NCBI GenBank assembly: GCA_965153285.1
Contig: OZ229113.1
Reading direction: 5' to 3' (one strand)
DNA length: 64,000 nt
DNA from: Podarcis tiliguerta
Taxonomy: Eukaryota
The position numbers and the translations under genes are program-made. The notes beneath the pieces were generated by a model. That model worked only from the letters and a program-made list of their open reading frames with translations, was not told the origin of the DNA and searched no databases. Numbering within the stretch: position 1 is the stretch's first letter; every line of letters starts with the position of its first letter. Shown here in pieces: positions 1-11,447 of the stretch.

Positions 1-714
1 ACTTACGCAATGATGTGATGCCAATTTCATAATGTCAATTCCAGGTGAGCACAGTGCTTCCTGTGCTTACTCTGAATTGGTTTTGTGGCAATTACCTTTA
101 GTAGAGGACAAAAAATGCATCTCATATTATGAATCAGGCAAGTCATTCTCACTGTTCTTCCTAGGCCATACTCTAGGTTTCTGCGGAGCCATGGGCAAGC
201 TGTCTTGAGTGGCTTCCTTTGCTGGTGCCCTTTCTGCTGACTTCTGTAGTTTTCTAGATGGCATGCTGGCCACTTGCGTCAGCAGTGCTTTTGAGTGGAG
301 CTGCAGGTCTGTAGCAGACATTGGCAGCAGCACCATCATACGCCTCATACCTGATGTACTTACGTGAGTGTCTGTATGCACCAGCAGCAAGAGTTCTAGT
401 GGTTTGCACATGCCCTAAGGTTATTCCCAGGGAGTGCTAAATGTCGCCTCAAGGGCTCCAAGGTATCTAGGGAAATGAGGGGGCAGTGGTGACATTCATA
501 TTAGTCTGTTTTAAGTTATATTAATATAACATATCCAATATTTGGTACTTCTTAACTTAGCATTAGAAAGGCTGATCTTTGCACTTATTTAATAGTTGGG
601 TTAGAACTTAGAATACTGTACTGAATTATTTCTGAAACAGTACCTCTGCATTAAAGGGACTCCAACTACTGTTCATGTGGTTGGAGGTTCAATGAATGTG
701 TTAATAGTGAAATA

Positions 715-853
715 TAGGGGTGGGGAACCTGTACACCTCCATTTGTTTGTTAGACTACAGCTCCCATTATCCCTGACCATTAGAAATGCTAGCTTGGGGC
801 TAATGGTAGGTGGAGTCCGAGAACATCTGGAGAGCCAAAGGTCCCCATTCCTA
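715..853. mobile_element. Short non-autonomous DNA transposon (hAT-like MITE, ~140 bp)
   Basis: Imperfect terminal inverted repeats TAGGGGTGGGGAACCT / AGGTCCCCATTCCTA and an internal palindrome (gactacagctcccat ... ggtaggtggagtcc). Similar copies lie at 28790, 49514 and 57006. Confidence 0.65.
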
Positions 854-1728
854 TATACCCCCTTTATCAGAATATCACAGGGCAGTTTACAGCATAAAAA
901 TACAAACTGAAAACACAAAATGCATATCATAAAAACAACAAGCTCCCTCCCACAAATGCTTCCAAAAGGCCATAGATTATTTAATCAACCACAGAACACT
1001 GAGAATTAGGGCAAGGGGTGGGGTTTGCAATGGAGGGAAGTGTCCCAGAAAGGGGTATAGCTATCTGGAAACAGGAAAAGGAGCACTTCAAAGAGACTTT
1101 GTCCCGCTTGGTAAAGGGTGGAGAAAATTTGTTCTGGTTTGGGACATCAGGGGCTGGAAGTTCTTGATGGTTAGCACAACAAGCAAATCAATTGAAGCTT
1201 TACCCTGGGATATGTTATTAAATGTTATTTCATATGTCTTGCGTGTTTTGTAATGTTGACAACCCAGACAGGAAGCATTTTGCTATTTTACCAGATTATT
1301 TCCCAGTAGTAAGTACATGAGCATAAACAGTTTGCATTTATGCAACACATGTCATTGCATTCTTATACAAAATGCCATTGGCAAGAAATCACCAGAGTAA
1401 TACCCACTGGATCAACGGGATCTTTAATTTCCTCTGGCGGGGGAAGTACCTTTATCATAACACCACTGAATTATTTACCACAAATGAATGTAGTAGAAGT
1501 CATAGATGAAATGTTGCATTGTACATGTAGCCACCACTGAAAACAGTAGCAGTGTGCTTAGTACTTCCCTTCTCTGTGTGGCGGGGGTTGGATTTAAAAA
1601 TGTTTTGTACTTCGGCACACCTCCATGCATGGTTATAACTTTGTCTTGTTTCGCAGTTGTCATGCTTTGGCTCCAGTTCTGTTGGCACTCAGTCATTTGA
1701 GTTTGCCATCTGACAGAATTTTTCATTA

Positions 1729-1729
<1 letters not shown>

Positions 1730-1777
<48 letters not shown>
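1730..1777. repeat. (ATT)16 microsatellite
   Basis: Perfect trinucleotide run; it creates the spurious poly-N and poly-I ORFs in the track. Confidence 0.98.
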
Positions 1778-2121
1778 GCCACATTTGCTATGCAGTGTAC
1801 ACATATTAGAAACAACACTGGCCGTGCCCACACAATTAGAGGTTAACTGCTTTTAAGTTTGCATTAACTGCATCAGTGCTGAAATGAGGCATGAAACAAG
1901 GGCCAGTGTAACAACCTGTGTAAACCCTGTGATATTGTGCTTAAAATTTACTAGTTGAGACAGAGACAAACAGCTCAATTCCTTCCGCTGCAAAAATCTG
2001 TGCATGTATCCTCCATGCCCCCAACTGTTGTTACCCACAACTGAGAAAATCCATTTTGGGGCGCCAAATGTTGGCCTTGCACAGGTTGCCTTATGAAAGA
2101 TTACTGAAGTCTGCCCCGGTG

Positions 2122-2325
2122 ATTAGCCTGGATAAGAAGCGACTGAGAAGAGATATGATAGCCATCTTCAAATATCTAAAGGGTTGTCACATGGATGATG
2201 AAGCAAGCTAGTTTTCTCCTGCTCTGGTGGGTAGGACCCAAACAAATGGCTTCAAGTTGCAAGAAAGGATCTTTCAAATAAACCCCAGGAAGACCTTTGT
2301 GTTGGTAAAATCTGTTTGACAGTCC
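2122..2325 (+). mobile_element. CR1 LINE fragment (ORF2 C-terminus)
   Basis: Translates to SLDKKRLRRDMIAIFKYLKGCH, matching the CR1 ORF2 C-terminal motif SLEKRRLRGDMIxxFKYLKG. An in-frame stop follows. Confidence 0.85.
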
Positions 2326-5300
2326 ACTCTGGTACATCAAAGCTTCTGGCCCCCAGGTAAGTTAACACGGGTAGGTGAATTTATATAATTCAGAAATACC
2401 ATTGCAAAGAAACCAAACTCTTGCGGTTAATGGTATATGGTCCACAAATCCATAGAGGGAAGATGTTGACACAAACAACGTACACATCCAGAATCAGGCC
2501 TGATGAAGAAATCCCTCCCCCTTCCTGAAAATGCAGCACTCCATCGTACCGTGAGCATAAGGAAAATGCATCCAAAGAGGAACAGTATGACATTGTGTGG
2601 GACTGCAGGTATCACATTGGCATGCCATCTGCCTCCCCCACTGTGGCACAGGCTTCATGCCACAGTGCACTCTGGCTCCCATGAAGCAGTTGCAAAGTCA
2701 GTTCCCAAACACCCTGGGGGAACAGTGCCATATGGTAATGCCTGCAGACACCACTACTGCTCGCAAGACTTCCCACTTGCTTCACATTTCTGGCCGAGTG
2801 ACTGACACTACCCTCTTTCGAGGCCACTGTTTTAACAGTAGCCTCCTTTCCACAATTTGCATGGCCTGCTCAAGCATCACTGTTTAAAGGACTCTGGATT
2901 TTCCAGGAAAGGGAAGAAAAAGAAGATGTTTCCTTGCTGTGACAAGAGGCTCTCACACTTTTGACTAGAAGTGTGTTAAGGAGACTCGAGTGGAGTTGTA
3001 CTGACAAAGCTGGAAACTTGAGGCAATGATTCCCCCCACCAAAGCATTCAGCAGAAGGAAAGCACGTGAAACCAGCTTTTCTGTGTACTGTTCTGACAGT
3101 TGGCCTGGCCTGCTACCTCAACAGACTGCCATTCAGGAGCTTAATACACTGAAACAGAAAGCAGAAGAATCCCGCTTCTGGCCATGCAATACCGCTGGGC
3201 TACATGTCGGAACTCATAAAGAGCTTCTGGCCTTGCAAGCATTTAGACAGCAGCGCTTGCTTGGTTTCTCTGGGGCCAGGGATTTAACGTGCTCGGGAAA
3301 AAGAGAAGGAACCAAGGTGGAGTTGAGAGCGCAAGAAAGCAAGAAGAGGTGGAATAAGCTGCAATTGGGGTTGAGGGTTCCAAAGCGAGCTCTTCAGACT
3401 TTCCCAAATTGAGCTGCCATCAGCAAGCACTGTTCATAGAGGACAGACTACAGAACTTGCCTAAGCGGCTTTCCATGCCAAATGAGATAAAAAGGAAACA
3501 TGATGGGAAAGGGGCCAAATACAGTAATGCACCACTATGGAATTCACTAGACATTCAAGAAGAAAGGTTCTATCATATGCCGTTAGACAAGACGGCAAAA
3601 TAGGATGACTGTGTTCAGATGGATACCACTTGCTGTATGGTGACTGTTAGGGTGGAGAGAAGATTGTATTCATGCTTGGCTTGTGGGCTCTCCAAAAAAC
3701 AATGTTGACTACTGCAGGAAATACGATGTCAAACTGATCCAAAAACCCTTGCTCCAAGGTGCCACTGTTACAGCTAGCTCTTGGCACCTGTACGTTTTAT
3801 CTGGGGCATTCCTATGCAAATTTGTTCTTGCTGGTAGATAATATTGCACTTTAGTTAAAGGGATTGGGGGGGGGGGAGTCAGGTAGATCATGGTCCTTTT
3901 TGGTGTAAAGATGCCCTGATTATTTCTGCTACCAGTCTATTTATTTCAGTACCTGGATTAAACCAGAGCATTTAAAGTGCACTGAAGCCACACCAGACCT
4001 CTGTTTGCAAGTCAGAAGGCTATCTCTATGTTATGACTTGTCTCTGGGCAAAACCTAAAAAACAAACAAACAAAACATGTCCTGCAGATTGCAGCCTCCC
4101 CACTTCCTCTTCCCGCACTTACGCTTACATCACTCAGTTTACGAGATGATGACAGAAATGGTGATTGCATCTAACAGCAAATCCCATCGACCTTTCCATA
4201 CAGTGTTGGGGGTTTTGCTCTATCCAAGCTGCGCTTGGGTGGATGGCGGTCTAAACCATCTTGCTTGCTGTTTAATCGGTGCAGCAGTGCCCAACTGCAG
4301 TTAGTTGGCAGCTAGAATTAACTTCTCTGGGAAGTGTAATTTTTTATTTAAAGGAATGTCAACACCAGAAAGAGGGTGGGTTGGGTTGATAAATTAAATG
4401 CTTGATCTCTGTTTATTTCACGTGGAAAGGCCAAGTATAATGTAAGTAGTGTACATTCCACAGCCCTAAGCTGACTGTGCCCCTCTCTCACACAGCTGTC
4501 CTTTGCAGGTTTCATGGCGTAGAATTATAGTACTCTGCAAACTGTGAAAATGCGAGGATGGCAAGGACATAAATTGGGTGCAATATAAAAAATAAATAAC
4601 ATGAGTGACTCTCAGGAACGCATGATTCACATTCATATTTAATGCAATAAAAACCTCCCTTTTTAAAATTTATCTGGTGCTGCAGCAGAATTTTCACTGG
4701 TGCATCACAGCATCCAGGCATCTTGCCCACAGAATTAAGATCCAGCTTGCTGCATTAGGCACAGGGCTGGGCCTGTTAAAGAGCTGCAGTTTGCGGGAGG
4801 AATCTTTCAGAGGGAATGTGATGAATGTAGTGGTTCCAAAGGCACATATCCAGATCATCTTGCTTTAATATACTTTCATCACCATGCTTTACACATCCTC
4901 TGTTTTGGCTGGTGTGGGTGGGGAGGGTGAGGTACGAGGTGGAGTAAGATTAGGAATGCTGCTGTTTATTTATTTGAAGTATTAATATTCCGCCTCTCAT
5001 CTTTTGCTCCTGAGACGAATTGCAGCAAAATTTTAAAATCACTGTGTTTGTACATGATTGGGCAAATTATAATCAATGGGGGTTAGATGTATTTCAATAG
5101 CCTTGGGCAGAATTATCCTAGGGTCATGTGTGTTTCCAAGTAACTGTCGCAGTCATGTAGCAAGGGGGCGGGAGGCAACCTGAAATGCAGATTGCCAGAT
5201 TATGCACTTGAATGTGAAATGCATAACCCTCCCCACACCCACAGACCACCTCTCCACAGCCTCTTTCAAAGTGTATTCCTGTCAGGAAAGGTCAGTTGCA

Positions 5301-6264
5301 GCATCCATGCTCAGATGAGGAAAGATGCACTTTCAGAAAGAAACTGCTGCTAGATGCACTTCAAATGGGGAAATGTTCTGTGGTCTTCACCTGTTTAAGA
5401 CCTTTATGCTGTTAAAATTAGACCCTACTCCCTTCATTCCATGCAATTGGGGAAGTTCCACGTCTACACACGCAGAAATAGTGTATGTCTAGTTTATTCT
5501 GTTGATGCCTAGTTTAGGAAGATCTCAGTGATTCACTACATCATCAGACAACTACTGGGATGCCTGAACAATGTTCCTTTCCCAGAATAAAACTTTTTGA
5601 AATGGGAATAAATCCACCACGGGCTCAACATATGCAGCATTTCAGGGAGGGGGGATGTTCAGGCACTTTTAAAAGAAAATCCTGTAAAATAAATATATCG
5701 ATGTCTTTAAAAGCTTCTTTCCCCATCATCACTTTACCCTTTAAGTATGCACCTTATCAGATATACTTTATGTTCCTGTAGCATCCTACTTATTTTGCTC
5801 GCAGAAATGCAGCACTTTAGTTTTTTTTTAAAAAATAAACCTTTTCCATAAAGCAACTGTTTTCATTGATTCATAAACACTCTATGCACATTTCCTTTTC
5901 CTTTCCTTTTCTTTGGTACAAGGCTCTTCCTGAGCCTTTAGGCATATTTTTTTAGGTTTCAATATCTTTGCTTTATTCTTCCCTTTTTTCCATTTATTGC
6001 CACCCTACCCCCCCTTTTTTGTCTCTGATAAATAAAAAAAACATTTTGGTCATTGTTGAGTGGAATTCCGCACACCCACACCCAGCCAACTATTGGTATT
6101 AATTTCTGCAAGTGAATGGCCTTTTCTTGTTCAGGTTTTTTTTTAAAAAAACCACCCTTCCTCTAAATTATTGCTTATGGTAGCAGTTAATTACTGGCCT
6201 ATTTAAGGAATACAATTTTGACTGAAAGTTTGCTGTAAAAGGAATGCAGGCATATGCTTTACAG

Positions 6265-6545
6265 CAGTGGTTCACAAACCTTTTCTTTTTCATAGACCAC
6301 TTGAAAATTGCTGGCGGTCCTGGTGGGCCACTTAATGATTTTCTTGCCTGTTGGAGCAATATTAATGTGCTGTGCTAGATGCTGTATGATTTTTAATTGT
6401 CTTTTTATTCCTCCCTTTTATTTGTATTGTGTTTTATTGTGCAGTATTTCACAGTTTGAATTCTGTGAAATTCGGATTGTAATACAAATATACAAGAAAT
6501 AAAAGAAGCAATAAAAATGCAATTGAAAATCAATACAATGGATGC
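6265..6545 (+). mobile_element. hAT-like DNA transposon end fragment
   Basis: Starts with CAGTGGTTCACAAACC (Charlie/hAT-type terminus) followed by AT-rich internal sequence. No matching right end found, so the right boundary is approximate. Confidence 0.5.
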
Positions 6546-6853
6546 CTGTGGAACAGAAGTGGGGATTTACTTAGGGATTTGTGGGGTGTGTGATTGGTTG
6601 CACAAAGCAAGTCTTCTGTTTAAGGGGTGGGGAATGGACAAAACGCCCTGTACTCAGAAGCTTTCCACAGATCCGATCTCAGTTATATACAAAAACTCCT
6701 AAAATCTGCCAGCGTTTCCCCTTCTCCATCTTTTTCCTACCAGACATAATTACAGATTTGCTTCCCCTCCCCACAACCTGCAGCTGAGCCTGTGCAGTTT
6801 CCTCAGAAGTAATCCCCACAGTGGTAGAGATGCAGCTTTAGAAGCTTGGTCTT

Positions 6854-6978
6854 AGAATCATAGAATTATACAGTTGGAAGGGATCCCAAGGGTCATCTAG
6901 TCCAACTCCCTGCAATGCAGGAATCTCAGCTAAAGCATCCATGACAGATGACCACCCAACCTCTGCTTAGAAACCTCA
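6854..6978 (-). mobile_element. CR1 LINE 3' end
   Basis: agaatcatagaat...gttggaagggatcccaagggtcatctagtccaac is the reverse complement of the CR1 3' UTR/tail (ATTCTATG-type terminal repeat). Confidence 0.85.
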
Positions 6979-8197
6979 TCACCTTTACTCAAAAGGAAGC
7001 CTATGCTCCATGATACTTACTTGCAAGTGAACATCATGATTCACAGCCTGGAAATCTTTATTAGTTTTACCCTTCCTTACCTCAAGCATTAAATTGAGGG
7101 GAAGGGGAAACCAAACTTGGAGTATATAAGAGGGGAACGATTGCAGCTGCAGTAAAGTAGGAAATGAAAAGCACTATTTACCAAGCCCCCACCTGTTTGC
7201 AGGAAGGGCCACCACAACTGATGTCAGTCTTGAGGAGAATGCCAAGTGATTACAGAAGCAAGGACGGGGGAAGATACATTGGAAGAGAAATGAGGAATAC
7301 TGATTACTTCACTAGCTGTGAAGAAGGGAGGATGGACAATGAAGTTGGTATGTGATTGGTTGGCATCTTAGGAGACAGTGGAAGAGTGCACCTCTGGGGG
7401 TGAAGTAAAACAGTTGTAGAGTTATAGCCGATAAGCTGGTATATAAAATGTTATAAATGAATAAAACAAAATGAAACTTGTGACTACTGATGCTCTGTGG
7501 TTTAGATGTTTTAAAACAACCCAATAAACTATAAAAACTAACAAAACAAAACCAGGAAATAGTAGATGATATAAGTGATGTATCCTCAGTAGTCTATCTA
7601 AATGTTGCACTGCCACATTTTCCCTGGCCTCTCACTTGCTTTTATCCAGGAATTCTGCTACTACTGTTTAGGCTGATTTCAAGCCATCAGTACTGTGTGA
7701 GGAAGAGGTCATAGAGGGAGCATTCGCTCAGCGATGGAAAAGCCCTGCTATAGAGAGACAGTGAGTTGTATCCAACGTTAGCTCTACTCAGAGTAGACCT
7801 ATGGAAATTAGAGGAGAGGGGAGCCACAGGTCCCACACTAAACTCCTTGGAAGATAAAGGGGTATAAATGAAACAAATAAAAGCAATCAATTTTATATTA
7901 TTTGTTGTGATTACTGAATATTTTGGCCAGTTATTTTCCAGGTACTGTAAAATATAATTACTTTGATGTCCAGCAAATGTTTATACTGACTAAAAAGAGA
8001 TTTGGGGGAGGACCATAGCTTCACTTTAAATCACTGTGTATGCAGGAGATCCCAGATGCAATCCCTGGCATCTCTAGCTGAAAGAATGAGCCGGTCATAT
8101 TGTAACAGCGAAAGTTGGGCTGGGTGGACAAATATTCTGGCCCTGTGTAACACAGCTTCCCACGTTCGCCAACAGGCTCTTCTCTCAGCATTAAGTA

Positions 8198-8993
8198 CCG
8201 TATTTTTCGCCCTATAGGACGCACTTTTCCCCCTCCAAAAATGAAGGGGAAATGTGTGTGCGTCCTATGGGGCGAATGCAGGCTTTCGCTGAAGCCTGGA
8301 GAGCCCCACCCCCAGCCCCACAAGCTCGGGGGAGAGCAGGGAGGCGGAACGCCGCCATCCCATTGTCCCCAGACCTGGTTTGGAGGCTGGCGGCGGGGAG
8401 AAGCCTGCTCCTCCCCGTCGCCAGCCCCGCAAACTCGGGGGAGAGCGGGAGAGACGCAGCGCGCCTTTCCTGCTGTCCCCCGACTTGATTAGAAGGCTGG
8501 CGGGGGGAGAAGCCTGCTCCTCCCCGTCGCCAGCCCCGCAAACTCCGGGGAGAGCGGGAGAGACGCAGCGCGCCTTTCCCGCTGTCCCCCGACTTGGTTA
8601 CAAGGCTGGCGGGGGGAGAAGCCTGCTCCTCCCCGTCGCCAGCCCCGCAAACTCGGGGGATAGCGGGAGAGGCGCGGCGCGCCTTTCCCACTGTCCCCCG
8701 ACTTGGTTACAAGGCTGGCGGGGGGAGAAGCCTGCTCCTCCCCGTCGCCAGCCCCGCAAACTCGGGGGACAGTGGGAGGTGCAGCGCACCTTTCCCGCTG
8801 TCCCCCGACTTGGTTAGAAGGCTGGCGGCGGGAGAAGCATGCTCCTCCCCGTCGCCAGCCCCGCAAACTCGGGGGACAGCTTCCCGCCCCAGCCCCGCAC
8901 CTGGGGGGGAAATAATTTTTTTTTCTTTATTTCCCCCCCAAAAAACTAGGTGCGTCCTATGGGCCGGTGCGCCTTATGGGGCGAAAAATACGG
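8198..8993. mobile_element. Tc1/mariner-superfamily (Tc2/pogo-like) non-autonomous element with internal tandem array
   Basis: 27-bp TIRs CCGTATTTTTCGCCCTATAGGACGCAC (24/27 match to the right end) and TA at both flanks (8196-8197, 8994-8995). Confidence 0.9.
8310..8900. repeat. GC/CpG-rich tandem array, ~109-bp unit, ~5 copies
   Basis: The motif AGGCTGGCGG...AGAAGCCTGCTCCTCCCCGTCGCCAGCCCCGCAAACTC recurs at 8384, 8494, 8603, 8712 and 8819 (spacings 110/109/109/107). Confidence 0.95.
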
Positions 8994-9381
8994 TAATGTT
9001 ACAAAAATCTATGCAGTATTCTGCAGCTACCATAATCCTGCACATGCCCACCTCTACTCATGGTATCCATTGCTCGGAATGAGCAGGAGCAGCATGACTA
9101 TGCTGTTGGCAGTTGTAGCTAATTACATCTGCAAGTGGGTCTGGGACACTTGGAAGTTTTTAGTTGTAGAAGTCCCTATTGCAATGCAGCTTCTATGAAT
9201 CTTTTAGATATATACAGTTTTCTTGTCTAAGTTATTCTGTATCTTTTTATGGCTGCAGCAGTGTTGTGAGAGTAAATCCTATTAAACTTGCTTTTGAGTA
9301 AACATGCATAGGATTGCAACTGTATGTTGGTTTGGGCTACTTGCCTAAGCTCTCTAGGTAAAAACGATGGTGATTCCTGCA

Positions 9382-9507
9382 GCACCGTTAAAAAACTTAA
9401 CACATTTATGGCACAAGCTTTTGTGGGACAAAGCACAATTTGTCAGATGCATGCTAAAGTGGGATCTGACCCACAGAAGCTTATACCACCATAATTGGTT
9501 AGTCTTT
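9382..9507. mobile_element. Penelope-like retroelement terminal relic (inverted pLTR fragments) with decayed hammerhead motifs
   Basis: Imperfect palindrome centred near 9450: aagcttttgtggg ... cccacagaagctt and aaaaacttaac ... ggttagtcttt. It resembles reptile Penelope termini (...gtggg...cccacgaaagcttatg...ttgttagtcttt). Confidence 0.6.
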
Positions 9508-10116
9508 GTACTTTTTTCAGTTTATCTGAAATTGGATCTCATACCAAAGTTTAGAGAGCATTTTTTAAATGCTCTTCAGTGCAGTGGCTCATTCCATTCT
9601 ACAACTCATCTTCTGCCCTCATTCCTCTCCGAAACAATATCTTCAGAGCCTCTGCAGGCTCCCTTGGTGTAGTGAGGCATTGCCGCCTCTTTGCTCTGTG
9701 ACCCGTTCACCAAAGCATAGTAGTGCATTGTGAGAGATTTATGCAAATCACCCTGTAATTTATTCTCGTGTGGTCTGAACTAGAAATGCCTTGTCTAGTA
9801 AGGTTGATTTTAAAAGTGCAGCTTTAGCCTTGCAAAGTCTTAATAACTCAGCTCAGTCACACAGAAATATTGACGCTGAAAATCTGATGCATTAATTAGG
9901 GGTTGCAAGGGGTCAAAGCAAGAAGGGACCATTTTATTTCTAAATGGTCAATTCTGTAGATTACAAAAATAAAGAAGAAAATGGGCAATCTCCGGTGCAG
10001 GAGTATAAATGGTTATGGCTAATTTGAAATATTTTCTCGTGGTCCTCTGATGCGTATCAGGAAGTTACCTCCTAGAGCTCTGATAATAAACAAGGTTGAC
10101 TTACAAGTCAATATTT

Positions 10117-10190
10117 AGAATCAGAGAATTGTAGAGCTGGGAAAAATCCCGAGGGTCATCTAATCATATGCCCTGCAATGCAGGAATCCT
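10117..10190 (-). mobile_element. CR1 LINE 3' end fragment
   Basis: agaatcagagaattgtagagctggg...gagggtcatctaatc...cctgcaatgcaggaatc is homologous to the copy at 6854. Confidence 0.75.
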
Positions 10191-11212
10191 GCCCACAGCC
10201 ATTTCCAGGTAGAGCTGGGAATGTCTTCTCTCATTCCCTGGCAAGTTGTTTCCAGTCAGCACATACAATGCTGAGTTAGCAATTTCCTGACTTGCTATAA
10301 AGCAGCATCCTGTGTTCCTATGACATTTTGCTGGACAGTGAAGAGGTAAGTTACTGTCCATTGCACAGGAACAAGAAATGGGAGTGACTTCAAGCATGTC
10401 ACCATATGTCCGTCTTGGGGTAAAGCTCCTGGGAAGGTTTGAGCCAACCAATACTGTACAGTATGATTGCATCTTATGAGCATTTAACTTGTGTGGATAC
10501 AACCATAAGTGGGTGAAGGCCGCTGGTTGATACCCTATCCCACAAGTTAAATGCAAACAAAGCTTCTCTGCTTTGCTTGGCTGGGCAAGGCCCTCTTGGT
10601 ATGCTGGCTCTGGAAGCCCTGGGATGCGCACACAGGCAATTCCAAGAGTTTTAGTAATAGCATTTTTGTATCTATATGGAACCCTTGGAACCAAATAAGA
10701 TGTGATCGCCTTTTCCAGTCTTCTCACTGCTAAGAGGCCCAATCGTACACTTATTAGCTAACCTGCTGTGTTGTTGCCACTTCTGTAAACGGTGCCGTTA
10801 TGTTTATTTGTATCCTTTTATTTTAAAAATTAAGAAAAAATAATTTAGAAGGAGTAATAGTGCTGTTGTTTTTCTTTCCTGTTCATTTAGTAGTCCTTAA
10901 CTTCCTCCCTCGCTTCTTCACTTTCATTGCTTGTTTTCCTTTTCCTGCATTTTGGCAACATATATTTTTACCAAGTGTGTTATTTCTCCACTCAGATAAT
11001 CTCCACAAGCTCTTTCCCACCTGCGGTGTTTCCAAGTACGGATTTACCCTGGCACTCATGCATTAAGAACCTCCGAGAAGGAAGTGGCTTGGGGAGCAAT
11101 TAGGAGAAAAGATGTAGTGGGGTGAGAAGGAGTTAATCACTCTCCAGTTTCCTTTCTCTGCACTACACTGACCCCTTTAATTGCAAAGAGGGGCACAAGT
11201 ATGTTGGTGCAC

Positions 11213-11392
11213 AGGGTCATAGCTCATGGGTAAAACATTTGTTTTGCATGCAGAAGGTCCCAGGTTCAATCCCCAGCATTTCCAGGTAAAGCTTAGGAAA
11301 GACCTCAGTCTGAAACTGTCCAGAGCCGCTGCCCATCAGTGTACACAATACTAAGCTAGGTGGACTAGTGGTCTGACTTAGCATAAGGCAGC
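11213..11392 (+). mobile_element. tRNA-Ala-derived SINE with CR1-like tail
   Basis: Head resembles tRNA-Ala(TGC): tagctca..ggtaaaacat..tttgcatg..gaaggtcccaggttcaatccccagcatttcca (A and B boxes). Tail is gctaggtggactagtggtctgact..cataaggcagc. Confidence 0.8.
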
Positions 11393-11419
11393 AGAGTTGC
11401 TAGCTCCCATCAAACCTCC

Positions 11420-11447
11420 AGAGACAGAGAGAGAGAGAGAGAGAGAG
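11420..11447. repeat. (AG)n microsatellite
   Basis: Dinucleotide run with one interruption. Confidence 0.95.

Noticed and set aside
2500-2560. CTGATGA...GAAA hammerhead-like spacing
   Set aside because: Stem II does not pair properly and the required U-H cleavage site after stem III is absent.
7090-7470. Possible solo LTR (TATA-like, CCAAT-like and AATAAA motifs)
   Set aside because: No TG...CA boundaries with a TSD, no PBS or PPT, and no second copy identified.
8310-8900. CRISPR-like regularly spaced repeats
   Set aside because: Units are contiguous tandem copies with no unique spacers, there are no cas genes, and the DNA is vertebrate.
8212-9082. Overlapping 70-162 aa Pro/Arg/Gly-rich ORFs on both strands
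   Set aside because: Stop-poor translations of the GC-rich 109-bp tandem array inside a MITE; the same peptide repeats across frames.
10164-10742. 192-aa minus-strand ORF (likewise 22279-22839, 53366-53935, 58503-58943)
   Set aside because: Non-ATG starts or no splice context, no recognisable domain, and composition typical of chance ORFs.
11213-11285. tRNA-Ala(TGC)-like gene
   Set aside because: The acceptor and D stems are degenerate, and it runs into a SINE body and tail found in several copies in the window.
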